Source: Thermoplasmata archaeon (GTDB lineage Archaea > Thermoplasmatota > Thermoplasmata > Thermoplasmatales > Thermoplasmataceae). From it: a stretch of 36,169 nucleotides of DNA. The stretch covers positions 1-36,169 of the forward strand of contig JAJZXT010000050.1 of the NCBI GenBank assembly GCA_021806355.1, read 5' to 3'. Shown in pieces: positions 8,318 to 17,003 of this stretch (position 1 is the first letter of the stretch; every line of letters starts with the position of its first letter). The translations under genes and the position numbers were made by a program. Under the pieces are notes generated by a model, which worked only from the letters and a program-made list of their open reading frames with translations, did not search any database and was not told the origin of the DNA.

Positions 8318-9295
8318 ATGACAGAATTCAGATCGAAAGGAAAAGGAAAGGACAGGAAAGTGTACCCGGTATCAGGAAAGAAGCCATACGGAACATCCAG
8401 GGAGCTCGCATATGAGGATGTAGTTTCAATGAGGAATCAGGGGAAAAAAGCAAGGCTCATACAGACTAACAAGAAGCTTGATCTGTATGCTCCATACGAG
8501 TCTGTTCTTCCTCCTGAGCCTGTTCCGGTATCTGAGGGAACAAAGACACCTGAAGAACCCAAAACACCGGAAGAGGCCCCCACGGTTGCCACATCAGAGA
8601 ATCAGCATCCCAAGGACATGCCGGTAACCATAGATCAGGTCCAGACCATGAAGGCCCAGCTCACAGGAGTCATGGGAAAGGGATGGTCAGAGCCCACAGT
8701 ATATTCCAAGAACGGAAATACATACGCCCTGTCCATTGATGATGCCAGAGTGGCCATGATCTATGAATCCGTGAAGGGGACAACATCCATAGAAGAGGGG
8801 CCCGTGGGACAAAAAGTGAAGCTCCCACTGGTGGATTTCAGCGATTCGGAAAGTGCGAAATTCCTCATTTCGAAAGACGGCAGGCAACAGATCCTGAAGG
8901 AGATACGGGAGAACAAGGATGTGATGGAAGTAGTGTTCCACAAGCCCGAAGGATATAAGAACGAGGCCTATATTTTCCTGATGGGCACAGAAGATCGGGA
9001 ACCCATTATTCTTGGTAACCCCTTGAAATTTGCCATGAAGAACCGAAACAGTGAGAGCTATACGGATCACATTCCTGCGGAGTATTTCAAGAAGCTTTTG
9101 AGGAACATGGGAAAACTCCAGAAGGAGAACGGTGTGTCCGATCTTGAACTGAAATTCAGGAGCGATTATCCCGTTGAACTGTCCGGCTCAAATTCGAAAA
9201 TGGAATTCGGTACATTCATCGCTCCAAGGTTGGTTGATCGGAGAGCTGATTCCATAAGGATACTGAACGAACGCATCGGGAAGGGTGATATCTGA
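8318..9295 (+). CDS. protein with basic/Pro-Glu-rich N-terminus and PCNA-like (sliding clamp) C-terminal region
   Basis: GAGGTG lies upstream. The C-terminal part reads KVKLPLVDFSD ... DLELKFRSDYPVELSGSNSKMEFGTFIAPRLVD. This resembles the archaeal PCNA interdomain linker (FKLPLIDVEE) and C-terminal strands (KFGNEMP...LLAPRVEE) as I recall them. Confidence 0.5.
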   Translation: MTEFRSKGKGKDRKVYPVSGKKPYGTSRELAYEDVVSMRNQGKKARLIQTNKKLDLYAPYESVLPPEPVPVSEGTKTPEEPKTPEEAPTVATSENQHPKDMPVTIDQVQTMKAQLTGVMGKGWSEPTVYSKNGNTYALSIDDARVAMIYESVKGTTSIEEGPVGQKVKLPLVDFSDSESAKFLISKDGRQQILKEIRENKDVMEVVFHKPEGYKNEAYIFLMGTEDREPIILGNPLKFAMKNRNSESYTDHIPAEYFKKLLRNMGKLQKENGVSDLELKFRSDYPVELSGSNSKMEFGTFIAPRLVDRRADSIRILNERIGKGDI

Positions 9296-9555
9296 TGGGA
9301 AAGATCTCTGATGCCGTTCTGGCCCTGATCATACTGATCATAGGCCTGTATGTCCTCACCAAGCTGGGCCTCACTGCAGGGGCCATATGGTCCATGCTCA
9401 AGCAGTTCTTCTCCTCCCCAACGCCCGGAAATACAACATCAGGTGCAATTCTGGGAATAACTACAAATGCGAAAATGAAGGAAAAGATCAGGGAGAAAAG
9501 GGAATGGTTCATCCACATGATCAGGTCAAGGCAGCTGAAGGGGATCAAGCGATGA
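9295..9555 (+). CDS. small membrane protein
   Basis: 86 aa with an N-terminal hydrophobic helix (VLALIILIIGLYVLTKLGL) and a TGATG overlap upstream. Confidence 0.5.
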   Translation: MGKISDAVLALIILIIGLYVLTKLGLTAGAIWSMLKQFFSSPTPGNTTSGAILGITTNAKMKEKIREKREWFIHMIRSRQLKGIKR

Positions 9556-10148
9556 ACAGATCCCTTGTCTTTACACTATTTCTCATTTCCGCAATTGCAT
9601 TTCTCCTGTATTCGCCGGGAACTGCAACTCATGAAGGAATGATATCGGAAAGTCCTCAGGCAACACAAATATCCCAAAATTCCTCAATTGTGTATGTTTT
9701 CATATCATCTTCTCTTCCGGGCCAGTCCCAGTACCTGAGTGTGCCTGCGAACACATCCGGGGCCCTCCTGTATCCAGACCTGTCCATCAAGATCATTTCA
9801 ACAGCAAACACAACATATGACGTATATGTCAGCGGAAAGATCATGTCATCCGGGAATGTGTCAGGCATCAGGGAGATCTCATATGTGATCCCCAACGGAA
9901 CTTCCAGAATATCAATCTCTGTAAGTGTGGGCCATAATGACTGGAACTATCCAAATGAGCTTGTATCATCCCTTCCCGTATCAAAATACTATGGCCCAAG
10001 GCCTCCTGCACTTCAGTACACATATCTCCAGATACAGATGGCAATTGCAAAGGGATTCATTGCAGCCATATTTGGCATTGCCATAGCCATGTTCACCGCT
10101 CGGAAATTCATCCTTGAGAAGGAGAAGAGGGAGGCCATATTCATATGA
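9552..10148 (+). CDS. secreted/membrane-anchored protein (start moved from 9387 to 9552)
   Basis: ATG 9552 overlaps the previous stop (ATGA) and yields a signal-like N-terminus, MNRSLVFTLFLISAIAFLLYSPG. There is a C-terminal TM (IAAIFGIAIAMFTA) and several sequons. Confidence 0.6.
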   Translation: MNRSLVFTLFLISAIAFLLYSPGTATHEGMISESPQATQISQNSSIVYVFISSSLPGQSQYLSVPANTSGALLYPDLSIKIISTANTTYDVYVSGKIMSSGNVSGIREISYVIPNGTSRISISVSVGHNDWNYPNELVSSLPVSKYYGPRPPALQYTYLQIQMAIAKGFIAAIFGIAIAMFTARKFILEKEKREAIFI

Positions 10149-10972
10149 AAGACAGACAGGGGAGAGGGTGGATAGAAAGGCACAGAGAAAAGAGCTTCGA
10201 ATCCGGGTTCCATGATGACTTCAAGGCAGAACTGAAGAAGGCCATGGAAGATAATGGCAACATAGAGGCCCTTAGAAAATTCACATCAAAGAGAAGCCTG
10301 ATAAAGAGCATGATCCCGCAGATCCTTCTGGGAATATTCCTCGCATACATCGAATTCAGGATCATAGGTATGCTGTATACAGTGGTATCCCTTGGCGTAT
10401 TCATTCCCGGCATCACCATGTATTCCCGGAGCCTCAGGACAAGATCAGGAACGTTCCTGATGGTTCCCGAGGATGATGCCATGGACTGGGAGCGAATATT
10501 CGTTTCAGAGGAGATCTGGTCTTTAGTAAAGAAGAAAACGGGCCTCACCCTTGAGCAGGGGAAGATCAATGGAAGGATCACATACTGGTGCACGGAAGTG
10601 AAGTTCCTCCCGGGAACCAATATTCCGTATTACGTGGAAATTGCATGGGCCCATTTCAATCGTGCAAAATACATGATGTTCTCCTCGATCATTGACGATC
10701 TCACGGATATGCTCAAGGAATCTTTGCTGGAAGTGGCGAAATTGAAGAAGACAGGCAAGGTTGAGGCCATTGTAGAAGGGACAAGGCAGACAAGGGAAAT
10801 GATCGATGCCATAGAAATGGCATTCCGATCTGATGTGCATGAGATCATCAGGAAGCAGGAGATAGATGAGCAGCAGGCAGAGATCCAGGAGAAAAAGGTC
10901 AATGAGCTTCTGAACAACCCCACATTTCTCAAAGCATTGATAGAAAAAAGAAAAAAGGAGGATGATCAATGA
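10145..10972 (+). CDS. membrane protein with two TM helices and C-terminal coiled coil
   Basis: 275 aa with an ATGA overlap upstream, hydrophobic segments at about aa 55-95, and a Glu/Lys/Gln-rich C-terminus. Confidence 0.6.
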   Translation: MKDRQGRGWIERHREKSFESGFHDDFKAELKKAMEDNGNIEALRKFTSKRSLIKSMIPQILLGIFLAYIEFRIIGMLYTVVSLGVFIPGITMYSRSLRTRSGTFLMVPEDDAMDWERIFVSEEIWSLVKKKTGLTLEQGKINGRITYWCTEVKFLPGTNIPYYVEIAWAHFNRAKYMMFSSIIDDLTDMLKESLLEVAKLKKTGKVEAIVEGTRQTREMIDAIEMAFRSDVHEIIRKQEIDEQQAEIQEKKVNELLNNPTFLKALIEKRKKEDDQ

Positions 10973-11298
10973 CAAGATCTACAGTTAAAGATTGGAAAGT
11001 GGAAAGCATATTCCGGGACATGAAGCTGAAAGGCATAGAGTTAGACGGGAACCTGTGGCTCAAAACAAAATTCAGGGACTTTCAGGAGAAGGAGGATGAT
11101 GGTATGAGATCTATGCCACTTTCTCCGGATACTGCCGTTGAGGAGACACGTATCCCCGGATTTTATGAATTGTCAATGGATGAATCATACGAAGGCCCTT
11201 CATGCTCAATGCTTGAAAAGATTGTCAGGAGATCCACTCCGGAAGCTGAATCAAATTCTGCTGAAAAAGAAGAGGTGAATCAGGATGCCAATAGATGA
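10969..11298 (+). CDS. hypothetical protein
   Basis: 109 aa with an ATGA overlap upstream. Confidence 0.5.
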   Translation: MTRSTVKDWKVESIFRDMKLKGIELDGNLWLKTKFRDFQEKEDDGMRSMPLSPDTAVEETRIPGFYELSMDESYEGPSCSMLEKIVRRSTPEAESNSAEKEEVNQDANR

Positions 11299-11647
11299 GG
11301 CCACGCCTGAAGGGCTTAGGCTCCTTTATGATCTTCTTGTTAAAGCAAGTGAATTTCCCGGAGACACAGTACATAACCCGAGAAACCTCTACATCTGGGG
11401 TGAAAAACTGAAAGCTCTGCACCATCTCATTTCATCGTATCATGATGATAAATACCTGCAGGAATACAGACTGGCACAGAAGCACATTCAGGAAATTTCA
11501 AAACTCTACCCTTCAGATAGTTACATATCAGGAGGTTTTGAGGCACTCTATGAGTGGCTGGGATCATTATCAAGACTGTATTCAAGGTTAGGCCTAATGA
11601 TACCTGAAAACCTGACTTACACGGAGGGAGGTGAGGATGGCATATGA
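11285..11647 (+). CDS. hypothetical protein
   Basis: 120 aa. It overlaps the upstream gene by 14 nt and the downstream gene by ATGA. Confidence 0.5.
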   Translation: MPIDEATPEGLRLLYDLLVKASEFPGDTVHNPRNLYIWGEKLKALHHLISSYHDDKYLQEYRLAQKHIQEISKLYPSDSYISGGFEALYEWLGSLSRLYSRLGLMIPENLTYTEGGEDGI

Positions 11648-12828
11648 GCGGGGATACTGAAAACATTTCAGAATCAATGAAAAACAGTGTTTGGTTAATG
11701 CAATGGATAAGGAATAGAATCAAGAAGAACAGGAATATTATTGCACTTTTCATTGGAGATACTGGCTCCGGAAAATCAATGGCTTCAATAAGGTTGGCAG
11801 AGAGAGTGGATCCAAACTTCACAGTTGACAGGATAGTGTTTACCGTCAAAGAATTCCTGTCTCTTGTCAACGGAGGGCTTCCTCCAGGTTCTGTCATAAT
11901 ATTTGACGATGCAGGGCTTGGCATCAATGCAAGATTATGGCAGGAAACAAGTGCAAGAGTGTTTGGGATGTTGACTCAGGGGTTCAGGTACAAACAGATA
12001 CTCACATTTATTACTGTTCCTGATGAGACATTCATTGAAAGGCAGTCAAGGAAACTTGTGCATATCAGGTTCGAATCAACTGATGTTCAGGGCCTCATGA
12101 AAATAAAACTGATCTCAAGGAATACCTGGGATCCTGAGCATCCACTGGCCAAATTTCCCAGAATTCACCGGGGAATTTCTGAAATAGTGATCAAAATGGC
12201 AAAATTCCAGTTGCCCAGCAAGGAACTCAGGGAGGCTTATGAAACCAAAAAAAAGGAATATATGGAGTCAAGATTCAAAGAATTTCAGGAGCAGCTCAAC
12301 ATCATGGATGGCGGAAAGCTCCTGCTAAAAAATGGAAATCCGGCAGTGAATATCCAGTGTGATGAGTGCGGCTATGAATGGGACTATACGGGATACAGAA
12401 AAATAGCTCAATGCCCAAGCTGCAATCACAGAATATATATTGCGGACATGGAGGAAAATAGAAATTCTGGCATACAGGTAAAATGCAGGCATTGCAGCTA
12501 TGCGTGGACTTATACAGGGGAAGGAAAACGAACCGTCTGCCCGAACTGCGAACAGCATGTGAATGTTGTCAAGGATGTTGTGGAAGGAGAGAAGGCTGAT
12601 CCATTTGATCCCCTGAACACACCATACAGTCCAGGAATGACTAAGGAGGAACTGTTTGATCTTATGATGGAAAAATTGATTAGAAAAGGGGAGAAGATAA
12701 CGCCTGAAATGAAAAACTTGTGTGAGTATCTGGCTGAGAAGGCAATAAAGCATCAGGAGGAGAAGCGTAAGAATGCATTGGAAGGGAAAAAAGAAGGTAA
12801 GGAGGATGCGGATGATCATAAGAAATAG
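11644..12828 (+). CDS. P-loop NTPase with two C-terminal zinc ribbons (virus/plasmid-type ATPase)
   Basis: Walker A is GDTGSGKS and Walker B is VIIFDDAG. Two CxxC...CxxC ribbons are present (CDECGYEW...CPSCNH and CRHCSYAW...CPNCEQH). Confidence 0.75.
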   Translation: MSGDTENISESMKNSVWLMQWIRNRIKKNRNIIALFIGDTGSGKSMASIRLAERVDPNFTVDRIVFTVKEFLSLVNGGLPPGSVIIFDDAGLGINARLWQETSARVFGMLTQGFRYKQILTFITVPDETFIERQSRKLVHIRFESTDVQGLMKIKLISRNTWDPEHPLAKFPRIHRGISEIVIKMAKFQLPSKELREAYETKKKEYMESRFKEFQEQLNIMDGGKLLLKNGNPAVNIQCDECGYEWDYTGYRKIAQCPSCNHRIYIADMEENRNSGIQVKCRHCSYAWTYTGEGKRTVCPNCEQHVNVVKDVVEGEKADPFDPLNTPYSPGMTKEELFDLMMEKLIRKGEKITPEMKNLCEYLAEKAIKHQEEKRKNALEGKKEGKEDADDHKK

Positions 12829-12834
12829 AAGTAG

Positions 12835-12918
12835 TGGCATGTCAGGTGGCATGTGCCACTCACATGCCAGTGATACAGAACCTGCAACTTCCTGTAAAAA
12901 TAATAGAAAATGGCATGT
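12835..12918. repeat. TGGCATGT motif: three direct copies, one inverted copy, and a 9-bp stem hairpin
   Basis: Direct copies are at 12835-12842, 12847-12854 and 12911-12918, with an inverted copy at 12862-12869. The hairpin is tggcatgtg (12847-12855) / cacatgcca (12861-12869) with a 5-nt loop. It lies immediately downstream of the ATPase stop at 12826-12828. Confidence 0.7.
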
Positions 12919-13075
12919 TGTGATGTTGAACTTCTATTATTATATATACATGAATCAAAAGGCAATCTTTGATCGAATTTTTGGTTGCTTTAAATACTGT
13001 AGACTCACCCGGAGTTTGAAAATATGAATAATCTTGTTAAAAATGAAATAAAGAAGAACGCAGAGGAATGAAAAA

Positions 13076-14077
13076 ATGACACAGAAATGGATAACAAAAG
13101 GAAAAGGAGACGAGAAGAGGAGATTTGCAATTGAGACTGACAGGAAGCAAAGAGAAGTACAGATCAGTACCATAGGGCCATCTGTTAGTGATCTGGAGAA
13201 GGAAGCGTGGGGGATGCTGGGAGATCTCTCCAAAATAACCAGTGTTGATGATCTTCTATTGCAATTAAAAAAGTACTCAGGTACCCTGGGAGACTATTCC
13301 TCGTTCAATTCACTTCTTATAACATTCCAGTTTGAGACTCCTACCATAGTCAGATCCAAGGCTGAATGGGGTTATTTCGGAAGAACAGTTAATGAGGATG
13401 CAACCAGAATTAATGTGCTGTATCCAATAGGAATTCCCAAGAAAGACGGGCCGGGCAAAGTCAAAGAATTCATTGAAAAAAAGAGAAAGGAAGGTCTCAG
13501 CGATGAGGCCATAGATGAACTCTTAAGGGAAAAATTCAATGCTGAAGGTGGAGGATTAACCCATATCTTCAGTGTTGGATCTGTTTATGACATATCCCAA
13601 ACCACTGTGATCCCGGGAAAAGGTAAACCGATGGAGGATAATGCAAAGGCAGAATCCCTCTACAATACCCTTAAGAAGATAGCAAAGCAGCATTATACCG
13701 TCGAGGAAGATACCATAGTAACTGGGGCCAGAGGATATACTGCCCACTCAAACGAAGGCCAGAAGATAGTTGTTATGAAGATACCGGGTGAAGACACAAA
13801 TGTGCTCCATACATTGATTCATGAGATGTCTCACGCCAGACTGGAGCATCTTTACAGAAAAGATCTTCCGAGAGGAATTGCAGAGGTTGAAGCTGAGCTC
13901 TCCTCATACCTGGTAGGCTCGCATTTTGGATTAGATTTCCGTGGGGATTCTTCTATATATATCAAGAATTGGCTCGATAATGCAAGGAGCGAAGGAAAAG
14001 TGCTTGGAAAGGAGAACCTGGACAGGGTGATGAACAATGCAAGATGGCTCATTCAGGAGATATCCCAGAGGCTGTAA
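13076..14077 (+). CDS. ArdC-like protein: ssDNA-binding N-domain plus HExxH metalloprotease (putative anti-restriction)
   Basis: YSSFNSLLITFQ...AEWGYFGRTV...INVLYP resembles the ArdC N-terminal domain. LIHEMSHARLEH is a zincin HExxH motif. Confidence 0.55.
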   Translation: MTQKWITKGKGDEKRRFAIETDRKQREVQISTIGPSVSDLEKEAWGMLGDLSKITSVDDLLLQLKKYSGTLGDYSSFNSLLITFQFETPTIVRSKAEWGYFGRTVNEDATRINVLYPIGIPKKDGPGKVKEFIEKKRKEGLSDEAIDELLREKFNAEGGGLTHIFSVGSVYDISQTTVIPGKGKPMEDNAKAESLYNTLKKIAKQHYTVEEDTIVTGARGYTAHSNEGQKIVVMKIPGEDTNVLHTLIHEMSHARLEHLYRKDLPRGIAEVEAELSSYLVGSHFGLDFRGDSSIYIKNWLDNARSEGKVLGKENLDRVMNNARWLIQEISQRL

Positions 14078-14138
14078 TGGATGGCAGGAAGGAAGAACAC
14101 TAAAGGTGAGACAAAGGGGCATCATGGCAACATTAGTT

Positions 14139-15125
14139 TTACCTTTCGTTTATCCATTCACTATATTCCTTTGTTTTTTTAATTTCATTAAGGAACATAA
14201 ATATAGAATAAATTACAATAATATCAACGATAATATGAATGATGAAAATCAGTAATTTTTGACCATTTGAAAGTCCATATAAAAAGAGGCTGAAAAATAT
14301 AACGGAGAAGAAAAATGTTATCTTTCTAATGCTTGTAACCTTGGGTTCGACCACTGTAAATTTACTCTTTTTCCAATATATCAGTGATATGAAGATTACT
14401 AAAAACGAAATAGCTAAGTTCAAATAATTATTTATAAAAGACAACGTTTGGTTTTTAAAAAATAGAGGATATACCGATATGATAATAAAAACTAAAGAGA
14501 GAGACAGGTCTCTCAACTTTCTATTTCTTTTCATTCTTGCTATAACTCTATATTTTGTCTTTATTATATTCCCTTCGCGCTTAAACTTAAATTTGTGTGA
14601 TAGGTATTGCTCATCGCTCATACTGATGATGTTTCTAAATGAAAATACCATGGATAAAAATAATGTTCCTATTGCAAGAGAAACGATAAAAACACCTATA
14701 GAATTGAATGCCCTAAACCAAAGTTCATAAAGAATTGGCATGAAGACAATCATCATGATTATATCAGCGAAAATTTCTAACCATAGTGGCATTTTTAAAG
14801 CAGAACTAATTTTAAAAAAAAATTTACTGAAACGGTTTAATAACTGAATGGTTTTCTGTTCATCGTGTTTATTTTTCTCAATATTTAGAACAGATATAAT
14901 AAATTCATTCATTTTTTCATTTATTTTATTTTTCTTATTAAGGTCGAGTATTAAGTAGCCTTTCTCTAATCGCCATTCATAACCAAAACCATCAAATATC
15001 CCTTGTAACTCCTTTTCAAAGGCCCCTATTCGATTTTGTTCCATTATGCATACATTCCTTGTGATATACATAAATGTAATCATCAATGATTTTACCTTGC
15101 TAGAAATGATCAAGATAAAAGCCAT
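14139..15125 (-). CDS. multi-pass membrane protein with soluble N-terminal domain (alternative start at 15044)
   Basis: 328-aa ORF with at least six hydrophobic segments. The internal MEQNRIGAFEKEL (ATG at 15042-15044) is a more plausible start. It lies downstream of the AbiV-like gene on the same strand. Confidence 0.5.
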   Translation of the reverse strand: MAFILIISSKVKSLMITFMYITRNVCIMEQNRIGAFEKELQGIFDGFGYEWRLEKGYLILDLNKKNKINEKMNEFIISVLNIEKNKHDEQKTIQLLNRFSKFFFKISSALKMPLWLEIFADIIMMIVFMPILYELWFRAFNSIGVFIVSLAIGTLFLSMVFSFRNIISMSDEQYLSHKFKFKREGNIIKTKYRVIARMKRNRKLRDLSLSLVFIIISVYPLFFKNQTLSFINNYLNLAISFLVIFISLIYWKKSKFTVVEPKVTSIRKITFFFSVIFFSLFLYGLSNGQKLLIFIIHIIVDIIVIYSIFMFLNEIKKTKEYSEWINER

Positions 15126-15286
15126 TTTCTTATTTATTTCTTATATCTTGAATTGATTAGTGCATAATTAACCAGAATTTAATCAATAAATACTTTTATT
15201 TGGTATTCATTTATTGGCATAAGAGATGATGTTCTAAGTTTAAAATAACATTGTTAAATTTAGTTTGGAAGTGGTAGTTTAAATTT

Positions 15287-16045
15287 TTATTTCTTCGAGA
15301 TGCTTCCGCGTTTAAAATCTTCCATCATTGGGCGAGATTGTTTTTTAGCAAACTCTTTAACAATTCTTTTGTATAAAGCTTCAAAACCATTATTTGAAAT
15401 TCCAGCAATTCCACTTCCAAATACCAAGAACAGGGTATCAAAGTGATTTTTTAGCTTTAGATACTCTTCACTTGAAATATCTGTAGGACTTACCACTTTC
15501 CCATTTCTTATGTCGACGTAAAAACCTCTCTCCTTTATTATTTCCATCCGTTTAATTAGTTCCTTAAGTTCTTTTGTTTTCTTTTCGAATTCTTGATTTG
15601 ACTGAAAAAATTTTTTATAATTTTCCTTTAATTTCTTACCTACTTCAGAAGTATTATTAAGGATATCTTTGACCGATAAATTTAAGGACTCATACGAAGA
15701 GACGATTTCATCCATATGTTCTTGATATATCTTATTGAACAGTTCAAAAATAGCTCCAAATCCGAGTAAACTCTGTTTTAATTCATGTTCATAAAGCATT
15801 TTATAGCTAAATACCCATGTTTCACCTAGTTTACTAACATCCGTAGTAGCCAAACCATCCGCAATAGATCGATAGTGTTGACCTTTAGCAAGTTCTTCAC
15901 AAGCAAGTACGAGCAATGCAGATCCTAGGCCCACTTTTCCAGATTTGTAAACCAACTCAGCAGACTCTGAGAGGTTTAATGCATTCCCCACACATCTTAT
16001 TGCTGCTTTATCATAAATTTCATTCTTATTTTCTACACCTTTCAC
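15287..16045 (-). CDS. AbiV-like (HEPN-superfamily) abortive-infection protein
   Basis: The N-terminal stretch AIRCVGNALNLSESAELVYKSGKVGLGSALLVLACEELAKG and the later RGFYVDIRNG match my recollection of the AbiV family signature (A..L..A..L ... A.EE..K ... YVD). Confidence 0.45.
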   Translation of the reverse strand: MKGVENKNEIYDKAAIRCVGNALNLSESAELVYKSGKVGLGSALLVLACEELAKGQHYRSIADGLATTDVSKLGETWVFSYKMLYEHELKQSLLGFGAIFELFNKIYQEHMDEIVSSYESLNLSVKDILNNTSEVGKKLKENYKKFFQSNQEFEKKTKELKELIKRMEIIKERGFYVDIRNGKVVSPTDISSEEYLKLKNHFDTLFLVFGSGIAGISNNGFEALYKRIVKEFAKKQSRPMMEDFKRGSISKK

Positions 16046-16370
16046 AGGTTATCATTTTTTAAGTGATTTTATTCATATAAATGTATTGATATATCGTTTT
16101 TTGTTATATTTAAGTTATAATGAATTTGCATTCTGTAATTATTATTTGGGATATCATTTACCCACTATGATCCAGAGAGATCCGATAAATTCATTATTTC
16201 TTGCGTTTCAGTCGGGAAATCTCTTACGTTCAAACATGACAAAACATAGATTTTGTCATGTCATCCAGTGGGTTCCATTGGCCTCTTTATATACTAACAT
16301 CTTCGATTTTACGAAGAACTTCGCATCCAGGAAGTGAGAACGTATATAAAGTCATACGAATTGTCATGTC

Positions 16371-17003
16371 ATGCCTTTGCCCGTTCCAAGGAACATGATG
16401 ATCCAATCTGGCCAGAAATTGTCCATCGAATTTTTTTCGGATGAAGATCTCGGGAAGATCTTCCATGAGATCTCGTGCAAAATGGAAAAGGACCCATCAA
16501 GAATCGAATACCACCAGAGATATTTTCTCCTAGCTAAATTTCTCCTTCGAACAGGAGGAAGAATAGATGAAGTGCTGCAGCTGAGACCATCAGATATCAA
16601 CCTGTCCACAAACACAGTCCGTCTGATAACGCTGAAACAGGGAAAGGACAAACGCACGGGGCTTCCCATGGAAAAATACAGGATCATCCCGATGCATCCC
16701 GATCTAAGAGATATCTATATGCAGTATCTCCTCACCACAAATATAAGGCAGGATTCCCCTGATCTTTTGTTTCCCATGAAGAGGCAAGTTGTGGATCTTT
16801 ACTTGAAGAAGATCCAGAACAGTATAGGTATTGGTGTTCACGCTCACAAGTTCAGGCATACATTCGCGGTCAAGGCCATAATGGATAATGTTCCCCTGAA
16901 TGTGCTGCAGCAGTGGATGGGCCATTCATCAGTGTTCACAACCTCAATTTATACTCAAATCACTGGCATGGATACCTCAGAGTTTATGGAAAAAATGCGA
17001 TGA
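16371..17003 (+). CDS. tyrosine recombinase, catalytic domain only (N-terminally truncated or minimal)
   Basis: Catalytic motifs are RTGGRIDEVLQLRPSDI (Arg I), HAHKFRHTFA (HxxR) and GHSSVFTTSIYTQ (His/Tyr). Only about 40 aa precede Arg I. An in-frame TAA lies at 16347-16349. A TATATAAA box sits at 16343-16350. Confidence 0.75.
   Translation: MPLPVPRNMMIQSGQKLSIEFFSDEDLGKIFHEISCKMEKDPSRIEYHQRYFLLAKFLLRTGGRIDEVLQLRPSDINLSTNTVRLITLKQGKDKRTGLPMEKYRIIPMHPDLRDIYMQYLLTTNIRQDSPDLLFPMKRQVVDLYLKKIQNSIGIGVHAHKFRHTFAVKAIMDNVPLNVLQQWMGHSSVFTTSIYTQITGMDTSEFMEKMR

Noticed and set aside
9387-9551. N-terminal extension of the 9387..10148 ORF
   Set aside because: It overlaps 9295..9555 in another frame. ATG 9552 forms an ATGA junction and gives a proper signal peptide.
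10141-12852. Long minus-strand ORFs 10141..10620, 10523..10975, 10630..10932, 11427..11927 and 12325..12852
   Set aside because: They are antisense to a continuous plus-strand operon that has motif support (the ATPase Walker motifs). They have no motifs of their own and appear to be shadow ORFs.
12773-13027. 84-aa ORF spanning the ATPase 3' end and the intergenic repeat region
   Set aside because: It overlaps the ATPase gene out of frame and runs through the TGGCATGT repeats. The translation is implausible.
16086-16337. 83-aa plus-strand ORF between the AbiV-like gene and the recombinase
   Set aside because: It is AT-rich and gives a low-complexity Leu/Phe/Tyr translation with no start context. 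The region is more likely non-coding and contains the palindrome and direct repeat noted above.
16913-16999. N-terminal extension of the HEPN ORF into the recombinase gene
   Set aside because: It lies wholly inside the recombinase catalytic-domain coding sequence. ATG 17000 overlaps the recombinase stop.
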